Source: an uncultured bacterium | GTDB taxonomy: Bacteria; UBP4; UBA4092 | Reading direction: 5' to 3' | Length of the DNA stretch: 20,000 nucleotides | Assembly: GCA_964644695.1 (NCBI GenBank) | Contig: CAZXWN010000013.1 | Span: 52,934-72,933 of the forward strand | Part shown: piece after piece, positions 1 to 9,348 of the stretch | Position numbering within the stretch: the first letter of the stretch is position 1 | Layout of the letters: each line of letters begins with the position of its first letter | Position numbers and translations under genes: made by a program | Notes under the pieces: generated by a model | Databases searched by the model: none | What the model saw: the letters and a program-made list of their open reading frames with translations, nothing else | Told to the model about the DNA's origin: nothing

Positions 1-2
1 AA

Positions 3-743
3 AACTTTACTCCTTATCCAGAGAATCCCTTTTCCTACAATCGAGAATCGGGTTTTTATAATGGAATGATCAATCCGTTAGTTGGTTTGCCCATTCGTGG
101 CGTCCTCTGGTATCAAGGTGAATCCAATGCCCAGAGAGCTTCACAATATGAAGAACTGTTACGGTTATGGATAGCAGACTGGCGCGCCAAGTTTGGTCCA
201 GTTCCCTTCTTTATCGTCCAGCTACCGAATTTTGATACCCCGGCAAATGTGTCCACCCATGAACAGTGGGTCCAAATCATGGAAGCACAGGCCAAAGTTG
301 TCGCTTCGACAGACTCCACAGCCCTTATAGTTACTAATGATGTGGGAATGCTGGATGATATTCATCCGACCCATAAGGAACCGGTGGGTAAGAGACTTGC
401 GCTGGCAGCTCAGAAGCTGATTTATGGTGATAATGTGGCAGGATATAGCCCGTCATTCAAATCCATGACCAAAGAAGGTTCGAAATTGAAGGTTTCCTTT
501 AATAATATTGGTTCCGGATTGAAGGTTACAGGTAAGGGACCTATTAAAGGATTTGAAGTTTGTGGTGCGGATGGTAAGTTTGTTCCAGCCACAGCTGTTT
601 TAGATAAAGATATGGTCGTTGTTTCCAATGCAAAGATAAAAGATCCTCAGCAGGTCCGATATAATTGGACCGATAAACCGACGGTGAATTTATTCAGCAA
701 AGAAGGCTTACCTATCGGGCCTTTCCGTACCGATAATTTCTAA
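3..743 (+). CDS. Sialate O-acetylesterase (SASA/SGNH family), 5'-truncated by the window edge
   Basis: The frame is open from nt 3 (NFTPYPENPFSYNRESGFYNGMINP...), upstream of the ORF-track Met at 66, and is collinear with the C-terminus of the next gene. Motifs WYQGESN, VQLPNF, DDIHP, PFRTD. Confidence 0.85.
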   Translation, partial: NFTPYPENPFSYNRESGFYNGMINPLVGLPIRGVLWYQGESNAQRASQYEELLRLWIADWRAKFGPVPFFIVQLPNFDTPANVSTHEQWVQIMEAQAKVVASTDSTALIVTNDVGMLDDIHPTHKEPVGKRLALAAQKLIYGDNVAGYSPSFKSMTKEGSKLKVSFNNIGSGLKVTGKGPIKGFEVCGADGKFVPATAVLDKDMVVVSNAKIKDPQQVRYNWTDKPTVNLFSKEGLPIGPFRTDNF

Positions 744-750
744 TTCAATG

Positions 751-787
751 AGGGCTGGATAAAACCTTAATTTATCCAGCCCTTTTT
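751..787 (+). terminator. Rho-independent terminator
   Basis: AGGGCTGGATAAA-accttaa-TTTATCCAGCCCT is a perfect 13-bp stem followed by TTTT, 8 nt after the stop codon. Confidence 0.8.
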
Positions 788-862
788 AACTTTTCATTTC
801 ATCCTCTCCTGTATTTCCGTTATAGTAATGGGACATCTTGATAAATCTCAGGAGAGAGAAAA

Positions 863-2905
863 ATGAATCATTTAAAAGTTTCGTTATGTATTGTCTGCGT
901 GCTGTCCATTATTCTGATGACAGGCTGTTCCGCCATGGACAGATTAACAGACAATCCCACCCTGAAAAAGGAAATCATCAAACTGGTTTCCAACCGGGTC
1001 TTGAATCCGAAAGGAACCCCCGGTCCCCGAACGGTCCAACCCGCCAATATCTTCACTGACCGAATGGTTCTTCAGAGAGATGCTGCAATTCCATTATGGG
1101 GGACAGCTCAACCCGGCGAATGGGTTTCCGCCGCCATTGGAAATGATTATGCCGTCACACAAGCTGACAGCACGGGACATTGGAAACTCTTTCTCTCAAA
1201 ACATAACGCCGGCGGACCTTATAAACTGGTTATCCGGGGAGACCAGGGTGAACCCCTGATATTAACGGACATTCTTATTGGAGATGTTTTTCTGTGTTCA
1301 GGTCAATCCAATATGAATATGGCCCTTCAGATGTGTAAAGGTGCCCCGGAAGAAATCAAGAAATCCAATTATCCTCAAATTCGGCTTCTGCGCGCATGGA
1401 CCCAGATGAATTATGGACCCTATGACCGGTTGGATTTGAGACCTGCAGGGTCATGGCAGTATTGCAATTCATCCACTACACCGACCTTTTCGGGGGTCGC
1501 CTATTATTTTGGTCGAGACCTTCATAAAGCCAAGAATATTCCCATCGGAATTATACAGTCTTCAGTTGGTGGAACTCCCATTGAGACATGGATTTCCCGG
1601 GAATCTCTGCTCAAATATGAGCCTCTCCGGGAAAAAGTAAAAGCGATGTCGCATACTCCTATTGATATCAGAGCTGCGATAGACCAGTACCATCTGGACA
1701 CTGTTAAGTGGATGGCGGCTGTGAATCAATATGAATCCACAACACTCCGGTATCATGAGCCCGGTTATGATGATTCAGGCTGGAGAGCAGACATTCTTCC
1801 CGGTGTGTGCCCTGACCTGAACAGTACCGATGGAAGTTGGTGGTATCGGAAAATTATCAATATTCCATCTTCGTGGGTTGGCCAGAATCTTAAACTGGAT
1901 TTAGGTCCGATTGATGATATGGATGATACCTGGTTTAATGGTGTTTTTGTGGGAGGTCGAAATGGAGCTTCCTATTTCAGGTCCTATGTTATTTCCAGTA
2001 CTTTGGTGAAACCCGGGAAAAATGTTATTGCTGTCCGGGTTATTGACATCAATTTCCGCGGCGGATTATACGGAACACCGGAAAATCTTAAACTATCCTG
2101 TGGGACCACAGAATCCATTACCCTTGCGGGTGCATGGAAAAGCCATTCCGGTACGAATTTGAGTCAATTACCTAAACTGCCGACAAATCCCTTTACATAT
2201 TACCGGGAATCAGGGTTTTACAATGGGATGATCCATCCACTGGTTGGGTTGCCCATTCGTGGAGTCCTCTGGTATCAAGGGGAAGCCAATGCCCGGCGGT
2301 CCGCACAATATGAGGAATTGTTACGGTTGTGGATAGCAGATTGGCGGGGCAAGTTCGGCCCAGTCCCCTTCTTCATAGTCCAGTTACCGAATTATGATAC
2401 CCCGACGAATGTGTCCACCCATGAGGGTTGGGTACAAATCATGGAAGCGCAGGCCAAAGTTGTTTCATCGACGGATTCTACCGCCCTGGTGGTTATTAAT
2501 GATGTGGGAACACTGAATAATATCCACCCTACTAATAAGGAACCGGTGGGTAAGAGGCTTGCTTTGGCAGCGCAGAAGCTGATTTATGGGGATAAAGTGG
2601 TAGGGTATAGCCCGTCATTCAACTCCATGACCAAAGAGGGTGCGAAACTCCGGATTTCCTTCAAGGATTTGGGCTCCGGATTAAAAGTAACTGATAATGG
2701 ACCTATCAAAGGGTTTGAAGTCTGCGGTGCGGATGGAAAATATGTTCCGGCCACGGCTGTTTTGGATAAGAATACGGTGGTTGTTTCTAACCCGGCAATC
2801 CCAGACCCCCAGCAGGTCCGGTTCAACTGGACAGACACTCCGACCGTGAATTTGTACAATCGGGAAGGGTTCCCTGTTGCCCCATTCCGTACCGATAATT
2901 TTTAA
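863..2905 (+). CDS. Sialate O-acetylesterase (SASA/SGNH) with an inserted galactose-binding-like domain; probable lipoprotein
   Basis: 680 aa; RBS AGGAG upstream; hydrophobic N-terminus ending in lipobox-like MTGC; motifs MVLQR, IGDVFLCSGQSNM (catalytic Ser), GGTPIETW, WYQGEAN, IHP, PFRTD; insert YDDSGW...WYRK...LDLGPIDDMDDTWFNG...NVIAVRV. Confidence 0.88.
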   Translation: MNHLKVSLCIVCVLSIILMTGCSAMDRLTDNPTLKKEIIKLVSNRVLNPKGTPGPRTVQPANIFTDRMVLQRDAAIPLWGTAQPGEWVSAAIGNDYAVTQADSTGHWKLFLSKHNAGGPYKLVIRGDQGEPLILTDILIGDVFLCSGQSNMNMALQMCKGAPEEIKKSNYPQIRLLRAWTQMNYGPYDRLDLRPAGSWQYCNSSTTPTFSGVAYYFGRDLHKAKNIPIGIIQSSVGGTPIETWISRESLLKYEPLREKVKAMSHTPIDIRAAIDQYHLDTVKWMAAVNQYESTTLRYHEPGYDDSGWRADILPGVCPDLNSTDGSWWYRKIINIPSSWVGQNLKLDLGPIDDMDDTWFNGVFVGGRNGASYFRSYVISSTLVKPGKNVIAVRVIDINFRGGLYGTPENLKLSCGTTESITLAGAWKSHSGTNLSQLPKLPTNPFTYYRESGFYNGMIHPLVGLPIRGVLWYQGEANARRSAQYEELLRLWIADWRGKFGPVPFFIVQLPNYDTPTNVSTHEGWVQIMEAQAKVVSSTDSTALVVINDVGTLNNIHPTNKEPVGKRLALAAQKLIYGDKVVGYSPSFNSMTKEGAKLRISFKDLGSGLKVTDNGPIKGFEVCGADGKYVPATAVLDKNTVVVSNPAIPDPQQVRFNWTDTPTVNLYNREGFPVAPFRTDNF

Positions 2906-2910
2906 ATGCG

Positions 2911-2946
2911 TGGGGTTGGGTAAAATCTTGTTTTTATCCAACCCCA
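2911..2946 (+). terminator. Stem-loop paralogous to the 751-787 terminator but lacking a U-tract
   Basis: TGGGGTTGGGTAAAA-tcttgt-TTTTATCCAACCCCA (one G:U pair), followed by TATTCA rather than a T-run. Confidence 0.5.
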
Positions 2947-2970
2947 TATTCATGTTATTTTATAGATATT

Positions 2971-3783
2971 ATGATAAAACTCATTGTCTCCGGGGCACTC
3001 GGAAAAATGGGGCAGCGGATTATTGCCAACGCCGTTGCTTCCGGGAAATTTCAACTTGTTGGCGCCATCGAATATGCAGCCCATCCTTTAATGGGAAAAG
3101 ATGCAGGTGAAGCCTGTGGATTGGGTAAATCTCTAGGGGTAAATATCAGTAACGATTTAGAATCTGTTTTACCCTCGGCAGATGTACTGATTGAATTTAC
3201 CAATCCTGAAACCACACTTGAACATTTGGGGATAGCAGCTCAATTTGGAAAGCCGGTTGTCATTGGGACAACAGGTCTGACTGAACAAGATAAAATCCAG
3301 GTAAAGCAAGCCTCCGCGCAAATTCCGGTGATGCTTTCCCCTAATATGAGTCTGGGAGTCAATCTCCTGTTCAAGCTGGCGGCGGAAGCGGCCAAGTTGT
3401 TAGGCGAAGAATATGATATTGAGATTGTGGAAACCCACCATCGGATGAAGAAGGATGCTCCTTCGGGTACCGCCATGAAATTGGCCGAAACCGTGGCGGA
3501 AGCCGTTAATCGTGACCTTAAGGAAGTAGGATGTTATGGCCGACAGGGTATCACGGGTGAACGAGATCGGAAGACCATTGGGGTCATGACCCTTCGGGGT
3601 GGTGACATAGTAGGTGATCATACGGTCATGTTCCTGGGTACGGGCGAAAAGCTGGAAATTTCGCATCGCGCCACAAGCCGCGACACCTTTGTCCCTGGTT
3701 CATTACGAGCCGCAGAATGGCTGGTTCGGAAACCCGCAGGCCTTTATGATATGCAGGACGTTCTGGGTCTCAAGGACAAATAA
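2971..3783 (+). CDS. dapB: 4-hydroxy-tetrahydrodipicolinate reductase
   Basis: 270 aa; Rossmann GALGKMG, VIGTTG, SPNMSLGVN, signature ETHHRMKKDAPSGTA, RGGDIVGDH. Confidence 0.97.
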   Translation: MIKLIVSGALGKMGQRIIANAVASGKFQLVGAIEYAAHPLMGKDAGEACGLGKSLGVNISNDLESVLPSADVLIEFTNPETTLEHLGIAAQFGKPVVIGTTGLTEQDKIQVKQASAQIPVMLSPNMSLGVNLLFKLAAEAAKLLGEEYDIEIVETHHRMKKDAPSGTAMKLAETVAEAVNRDLKEVGCYGRQGITGERDRKTIGVMTLRGGDIVGDHTVMFLGTGEKLEISHRATSRDTFVPGSLRAAEWLVRKPAGLYDMQDVLGLKDK

Positions 3784-3798
3784 TATTTCTGTCTGATT

Positions 3799-4176
3799 AT
3801 GGAAATATTGAAAATACTGACTCGGGTTTATACCAGAGACATCAAGGTTACCCTTGAGTTTTATGAAAAGCTGACGGGTAAAACGACAGAACTTCGATTC
3901 AAGTATGACCAGATGGGATTGGAATTAGCTCAGGTGGGTGATTTTCTGATTCTGGCGGGAACTGAATCGGCACTGGCACCCTTTCGGGAAACGGTCCTGA
4001 CGGTATTAGTCCGTAACTTGGATGAAGTCCGGTCTCTTTTGACAGGATTAAACAGTCAGATTATCCGAGACATCCGGGAAGTTCCCACGGGACGAAATAT
4101 GACTCTTCGGCATCCCGATGGGCTGATAGTAGAGTATGTAGAGCACAATCGGCCATATCCACTGGCCGGCACATAA
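3799..4176 (+). CDS. VOC / glyoxalase / bleomycin-resistance family protein
   Basis: 125 aa; typical VOC pattern (FYEKLTG near the N-terminus; VPTGRNMTLRHPDGLIVEYVE at the C-terminus). Confidence 0.8.
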   Translation: MEILKILTRVYTRDIKVTLEFYEKLTGKTTELRFKYDQMGLELAQVGDFLILAGTESALAPFRETVLTVLVRNLDEVRSLLTGLNSQIIRDIREVPTGRNMTLRHPDGLIVEYVEHNRPYPLAGT

Positions 4177-4204
4177 ATTGAATCATGACAGGAAATGGTG
4201 AGTA

Positions 4205-5500
4205 ATGGCTGACAAAATTTTAATTAAGAACGGGACACTGGTGGACCCGGTAAAGCTCGAATCCCAGGTAACAGACTTGTTGATAGAGAATGGACGAGTT
4301 GCCAAAATCGGAATGAACCTGGAATCTGCCGGTGCAGAAATTATTGATGCCAAGGGTTGGCTGGTTTCTCCCGGATTGATTGATATGCACGTTCATCTTC
4401 GTGAACCGGGTCGTGAGGATGAGGAGACCATTGCAAACGGTACCCGGACAGCAGCTCTTGGTGGAGTCACTACCGTGGCCTGTATGCCGAATACTCAACC
4501 TCCTATTGATAACAGGGCGGGAGTCTCTCTTATTCTGGCCAAAGCCCAGCAGGAAGGTGCTGTTAATGTTTTTCCCATTGCCGCGATTACCAAGAATATG
4601 GCAGGGGAAGAACTCACAGAATTTGGTGATTTGAAGGCCGCCGGAGCGGTAGCCGTCTCTGATGATGGTGTGGTAGTCATGAATTCGGAAGTTATGCGGC
4701 GGGCGTTGGAATACTCTATCGCCTTTGATTTGCCGGTGATTCAACATGCCGAAGATAAAATCCTGGCCGGTGACGGTGTCATGAATGAAGGATACTGGTC
4801 CACACTTCTTGGATTACGTGGCATTCCTTCTGTGGCGGAGACATCCATTGTGGCTCGTGACATTATGCTGGCGGAAATGACCGAAGCCCGATATCATGTG
4901 GCACATCTCAGTTGTCAGCATTCTGTTGAACTGGTACGCAATGCCAAACATAAAAAAATTAAAGTAACCTGTGAAGCAACCCCCCATCATTTCACTCTGA
5001 CAGACGAAGCAGTCCAGTCCTTTGATTCCAATACTAAAATGAATCCTCCTCTCCGTTCTGAACAGGACCGGAAGGCTGTCATTGGGGGATTACAAGATGG
5101 AACGATTGATGTTATTGCCTCTGACCATGCCCCCCATTCCCCGGAAGAAAAGGAACAGGAATATGATCGGGCACCTTTTGGAATTATAGGATTACAAACC
5201 CTGTTGCCCCTGACCTTTACAGAGCTGGTACATAAGAAGGTTCTCTCTCCTGAACAGGCTCTTGCTAAACTCACTATCAATCCAGCCAGGATTTTGGGAA
5301 TTGACCGGGGCTATCTCGCAGAAGGTGCAGTTGCTGACATCACTATTATTGACCCGGATAAAACCTTCATGGTGACTAAAGACTGGCTTCATGGCTTCTG
5401 TAAGAACACCCCCTTTATTGGGATGCAGCTCCATGGGCAGGCTGTCTATACGATTGTTGCCGGGAAAATCGTAATGCGGGAAGGTGAGCTGCTCGTTTAA
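4205..5500 (+). CDS. pyrC: Dihydroorotase (long, type I)
   Basis: 431 aa; PGLIDMHVHLREPG, CMPNT, SDDG, HAED, HVAHLS, EATPHH, KMNPPLR, ASDHAPH: the expected metal ligands are present. Confidence 0.95.
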   Translation: MADKILIKNGTLVDPVKLESQVTDLLIENGRVAKIGMNLESAGAEIIDAKGWLVSPGLIDMHVHLREPGREDEETIANGTRTAALGGVTTVACMPNTQPPIDNRAGVSLILAKAQQEGAVNVFPIAAITKNMAGEELTEFGDLKAAGAVAVSDDGVVVMNSEVMRRALEYSIAFDLPVIQHAEDKILAGDGVMNEGYWSTLLGLRGIPSVAETSIVARDIMLAEMTEARYHVAHLSCQHSVELVRNAKHKKIKVTCEATPHHFTLTDEAVQSFDSNTKMNPPLRSEQDRKAVIGGLQDGTIDVIASDHAPHSPEEKEQEYDRAPFGIIGLQTLLPLTFTELVHKKVLSPEQALAKLTINPARILGIDRGYLAEGAVADITIIDPDKTFMVTKDWLHGFCKNTPFIGMQLHGQAVYTIVAGKIVMREGELLV

Positions 5501-5522
5501 TCCCTTTTTGACTTGATTAGCC

Positions 5523-5562
5523 AATAAAACCCACCCCGATTATATTCAGGGTGGGTTTTATT
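5523..5562 (+). terminator. Rho-independent terminator (possibly bidirectional)
   Basis: AATAAAACCCACCC...GGGTGGGTTTTATT inverted repeat just after pyrC. Confidence 0.8.
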
Positions 5563-5665
5563 ATGTCCTACAAATTATCGCCATCGGCTTTTAACTCGTA
5601 AAAAATAGTGTTGATATTTTCCAATTAGTGATATTATTCAACAAAACACTAGCCGGTGGTTTTAT

Positions 5666-5959
5666 ATGCAGAAAAAACGAATGGGATTACTGTGTGTACT
5701 GATATTTTTCCTGATGGGTACAGCCTTTTATACAATTCATGCGCACCCATTAGGGAAACCCTTGCAAACACTCACTAAAAACGGGGCATTCAGGGAATTG
5801 AATATTCCCTATCCTCAGGCATATCAATGCTTGGTTCCCACTATTTGCCCGGGACTCTATTCCGTGAGTGACGGAAGTGATTTTCCTGAATGCAGGTTCA
5901 GAGAAGAAACTCTCCCGCGGGAAACAAATATGGAGCTGGCCGCAGAGGAAAGGTCTTAA
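5666..5959 (+). CDS. Small hypothetical protein with a signal peptide or N-terminal TM helix
   Basis: 97 aa; basic N-region (KKR), hydrophobic stretch, IHA-H cleavage-like site; GGTGG RBS-like sequence and TGATATTAT extended -10-like sequence (5629-5637) upstream; lies between two terminators. Confidence 0.5.
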   Translation: MQKKRMGLLCVLIFFLMGTAFYTIHAHPLGKPLQTLTKNGAFRELNIPYPQAYQCLVPTICPGLYSVSDGSDFPECRFREETLPRETNMELAAEERS

Positions 5960-6012
5960 TTATTGAGTCTTGCCTGTCTCAACATATTCACACATAAATA
6001 CCCTCTGAAAAC

Positions 6013-6045
6013 AAAAAAGGACGAGGTCGGATAACCTCGTCCTTT
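6013..6045 (-). terminator. Rho-independent terminator of the protease gene (bidirectional potential)
   Basis: AAAGGACGAGG-tcggataa-CCTCGTCCTTT with an A6 run on the left, which gives a U-tract on the minus strand. Confidence 0.85.
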
Positions 6046-6063
6046 ATGAAGATTTCGCTATTG

Positions 6064-9000
6064 TTAGAACAGAATATCATACCAGTCGATATTCAGATTC
6101 GGCTCATCCATATCCCGAATGTAATCGACTTCATAGACTTTTATTTTTCCGGCACTACTGTTTTTGGTCATATACTGAACCTGCTGCCAGGGACGACGGA
6201 CCGGAGCCACCAGGTAATGCCATCCGTTACTAATATCACCAAACTGGGCGGAGGCAATCAACTGACCTCCTGCACTCCAGAAATCAGCTCCACCATTGCT
6301 TGCGACACCGTAACAAGCCATCAACAAAATGGCATCGTAAGAATTAAATGTACCCGACATCTTCTCCACATTCATTTTCATGCCGGCCTGATAGTTTGGG
6401 TTGGCAGCCGCCGTGTAAATCCCTCCTGCGGCTGTCTTGGCTGTCACCTTTGAACCACGCTGATTATTTCCAGTGGCAGCTCCCGCATAATCCAGGGTTA
6501 ATGCTCCCCCATCAAAACCAAAGGCCACACCCGCAGGTGTCTCAGCCCCGTAGATTTCACTGGTTGCCCAGCCTGTGGTTAACTGGCCGATAGTGGACGG
6601 TTCCGAATAGGCATAGTTAGAATCAATATTGCCTACGGCACTCATTATTTGGGGTGGAGCACTGAAATATTGTACAGATTGTAGATAAATCGTTCCGGGG
6701 GCACTGGCTTTCAGGATGATCTGCGGATAACCTCTTCCGGTAGAAGTTGTATAAATTGGAATATCTATCCAGGACCAGGTGGTCGGCACACCGAAAAGAA
6801 TATTTGCACCCAAATCTACTGTACTGTCACCCGGAATAATACCGCGGAAATTATACAGCTGCGCTTCCATGGTATTCCCCGGAGTGGGGCTACAAACACG
6901 GATCCGGGCTGTGTACCAGGTGGTGGAAACACAATTCACCATATTGCTGATTTGCGGTGTCAATTTGATTCCCTGTGAACTCCCTGTGAATCCAAAACTA
7001 ATAATCCCGGGGAGGGATCGGCCGGTTAAATCAGAAACGGTACTCACATAACTATGGCTCGGCAGCGTCAGGCCGCCGATAGCTTCAATACCGAAGTTTG
7101 CCTCAAAAGCACTGCTGGAACTGAAAGTGCCGCCTTTCTGCAAATCGGGATATACCGTAAAGGGTTCTGTTGTGATGTCTGTTGCAGTCGTAACATCTGC
7201 TATGGTGGCCAAGTCTTTGGGGGACGCATTTACATAGAAGGTCATACTGGAAGCTGTAAACCCACTATATGTGGCCAACCGGATAGAAGAAGGTGATGAA
7301 AAAATGCCATCAATCAAAGATGAAACCGTACTGGTCGAGAACACCCACCATGCATCACCAAAGGAGGCGGGAATCGCTTTCCCATTGATGTCATACGCAT
7401 AATCTATCGGATAAAAATCTTCAGAGCTGTTGGGTCTCATGGCAATATAGGGCATTTTCTTCATCTGGTAGGTTGAATACCTGACAAGACTGTAACTGGA
7501 AGAGGTCCCTCCACCATTGGTCATGGTGAAATAGGTTCTCCCAGAAGTGGGGGTTGAATACCCGGCTTGAGATACAGTGCTTCCGGATAAAGAAGTGTTC
7601 CCTAAAAAGTTGGTGGAAATGTTGTAACTGGTGGCCGGTTCTCCGAGATTATAATCAGCCAAAGCAAACAAGTTAGAGGTTAAACTGGCATTCTTAAACA
7701 TTTTGATATCTGGCAAAAATCCGAATGACGGCGGTGTGATTGTGGCTGCACTGGCGGTTGAAGTCACGGCATAAGCCTTGATGCAAACATTACTGATTGC
7801 AATATCGGAATCACTGCTATTTTTCAAGTCTGTCCAGGAAGACCCTGCGGAACTCATCCAACTTTCACCGGCATTGGATGCCGTAGTACAAAAATCAACA
7901 CCACTGTTTGCTTCAGTAACAGGGTATTCGACTGGAATAGGATACTTATAACCTGGTGTCATATATCGGAAAACGACTGAAAACTTTTGGGATGCAGGAA
8001 CAAAAACCGTCGAACTCAGGGTGATGGTCGAGAATCCAGAGGTAGCAACCGATCCGGTGGACTGGTAAACCAGTGTCCCGGTTCTGGGGCCTGTGCTGGA
8101 TACATTCTTATATATATACAATTCATAGGAGGCGTTGGGAACCAGAAAATAAGTACCCACAGCCATAATCGTGTCATTGGACTGTGCCGTGAAGACATTG
8201 GCACCCCAGGCTGTTGCTCGCGAATATCCTAAATCATTGGTATTCCCCATCGGGTCATATTGATAAATGTGATTAAATACGGTGGTCGATTGCGGAGGTA
8301 AATATAAAGTGGCTTCAGATGGACCGGTCTGGTCATAATAAGAAAGATAGAAATAACCACTCTGACCCCAACTGGAACCCCAGCTGTTTCGGATGATCCA
8401 GGCACCATTCCCCGGAGGCGTTTGGGCGAACTTGGTAGAACTGAAAGAATCATCCCATCCGACAACACTGACTTCATGGTTTGTATATTGAGTGGAGTCA
8501 TTACAATAATAGGCTTTATTGGTGGAGTTGTAACAGGTATCCTCCCAATACAGACTCACGGCAACCGCCCCATGATTCATGATGGACTTTTTTAATTCAT
8601 TTGAAGAAAACAGCCAATGCACATTCTGAGTATGTTTTACGACCGTGAGGTTTGAGGGTGAATTATTATAGTCAACGGTACTGTAAGGATCCGCTGTTTC
8701 CAGAACCGGACCGGACCACCGGAGCAGATAAGCCGCCCCCATTGTGTCATTTCCACCATCACAGGGGGTCCATAAAAAACCATGGGTATTTTTCATGTTG
8801 TTCTCTGAAAAATCCCATGTTTCACCCGGTAACAACCCTGATTCCAAAGAAGCAAGAGTTCCAAATGTCCAACAAGACCCACAGCCCCCTTGATTACGAA
8901 CGGCTGTCAGACGTGCGGTGGTTCTTAAATCATAAGAACTTGGGAATAAGGCTGATGCTTCAGAATCTTTATCAGGAGCAACGGCGCGATTTTTGAGATA

Positions 9001-9216
9001 ACTCCTGTTAATGGGATTGGGGATTTTCCCCAAAGTGTACCAGTCTTTGGTAATCGACTGGGCTTTACCCGTTTTTATTTTTTTCACATACTCTGTAAAA
9101 GCGGGATTAAGTGGCGCTTTCTTTAATGCTGGTTCCGTTGTTTCAGCATAGACATTGAGTGCAAACAAACTAAATAGTAAAAGAGATACTGCCAGCATCT
9201 TAACTTTGAACATCAT
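6064..9216 (-). CDS. Secreted papain-family (C1A) cysteine protease + lectin-like domain + unknown ~560-aa C-terminal region (paralog 1)
   Basis: 1050 aa; signal peptide ending VYA; propeptide APLNPAF...LGKIPNPI; PSSYDLR; RNQGGCGSCWTF (oxyanion Q, catalytic C); NHEVSVVGW (H); IIRNSWG (N); IYQYDP...VCIKAYA lectin-like domain as in Cwp84-type proteases; RBS GGGGTG. Confidence 0.9.
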   Translation of the reverse strand: MMFKVKMLAVSLLLFSLFALNVYAETTEPALKKAPLNPAFTEYVKKIKTGKAQSITKDWYTLGKIPNPINRSYLKNRAVAPDKDSEASALFPSSYDLRTTARLTAVRNQGGCGSCWTFGTLASLESGLLPGETWDFSENNMKNTHGFLWTPCDGGNDTMGAAYLLRWSGPVLETADPYSTVDYNNSPSNLTVVKHTQNVHWLFSSNELKKSIMNHGAVAVSLYWEDTCYNSTNKAYYCNDSTQYTNHEVSVVGWDDSFSSTKFAQTPPGNGAWIIRNSWGSSWGQSGYFYLSYYDQTGPSEATLYLPPQSTTVFNHIYQYDPMGNTNDLGYSRATAWGANVFTAQSNDTIMAVGTYFLVPNASYELYIYKNVSSTGPRTGTLVYQSTGSVATSGFSTITLSSTVFVPASQKFSVVFRYMTPGYKYPIPVEYPVTEANSGVDFCTTASNAGESWMSSAGSSWTDLKNSSDSDIAISNVCIKAYAVTSTASAATITPPSFGFLPDIKMFKNASLTSNLFALADYNLGEPATSYNISTNFLGNTSLSGSTVSQAGYSTPTSGRTYFTMTNGGGTSSSYSLVRYSTYQMKKMPYIAMRPNSSEDFYPIDYAYDINGKAIPASFGDAWWVFSTSTVSSLIDGIFSSPSSIRLATYSGFTASSMTFYVNASPKDLATIADVTTATDITTEPFTVYPDLQKGGTFSSSSAFEANFGIEAIGGLTLPSHSYVSTVSDLTGRSLPGIISFGFTGSSQGIKLTPQISNMVNCVSTTWYTARIRVCSPTPGNTMEAQLYNFRGIIPGDSTVDLGANILFGVPTTWSWIDIPIYTTSTGRGYPQIILKASAPGTIYLQSVQYFSAPPQIMSAVGNIDSNYAYSEPSTIGQLTTGWATSEIYGAETPAGVAFGFDGGALTLDYAGAATGNNQRGSKVTAKTAAGGIYTAAANPNYQAGMKMNVEKMSGTFNSYDAILLMACYGVASNGGADFWSAGGQLIASAQFGDISNGWHYLVAPVRRPWQQVQYMTKNSSAGKIKVYEVDYIRDMDEPNLNIDWYDILF

Positions 9217-9348
9217 CAGGACACCCCATTGTTTTATATATTTTTCACTTATTATTTTTTTGATTAATATGTAGATTGTATACTATCTTGCTTAAAAAGC
9301 GAGTTATTTATTAACTTTAAGCGAATACGCCTGGTTATTTTACAAATT

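Noticed and set aside
113-2859. Antisense ORFs within the esterase genes, and similar nested ORFs in dapB, pyrC, the methyltransferase, SGNH and parAB
   Set aside because: They are fully nested in well-supported genes and have no recognisable motifs.
6046-6453. Similar + strand ORFs 6046-6453 and 9379-9846 that look like a conserved antisense gene pair
   Set aside because: They are shadows of the highly similar protease 3' ends on the opposite strand; the similarity needs no separate gene.
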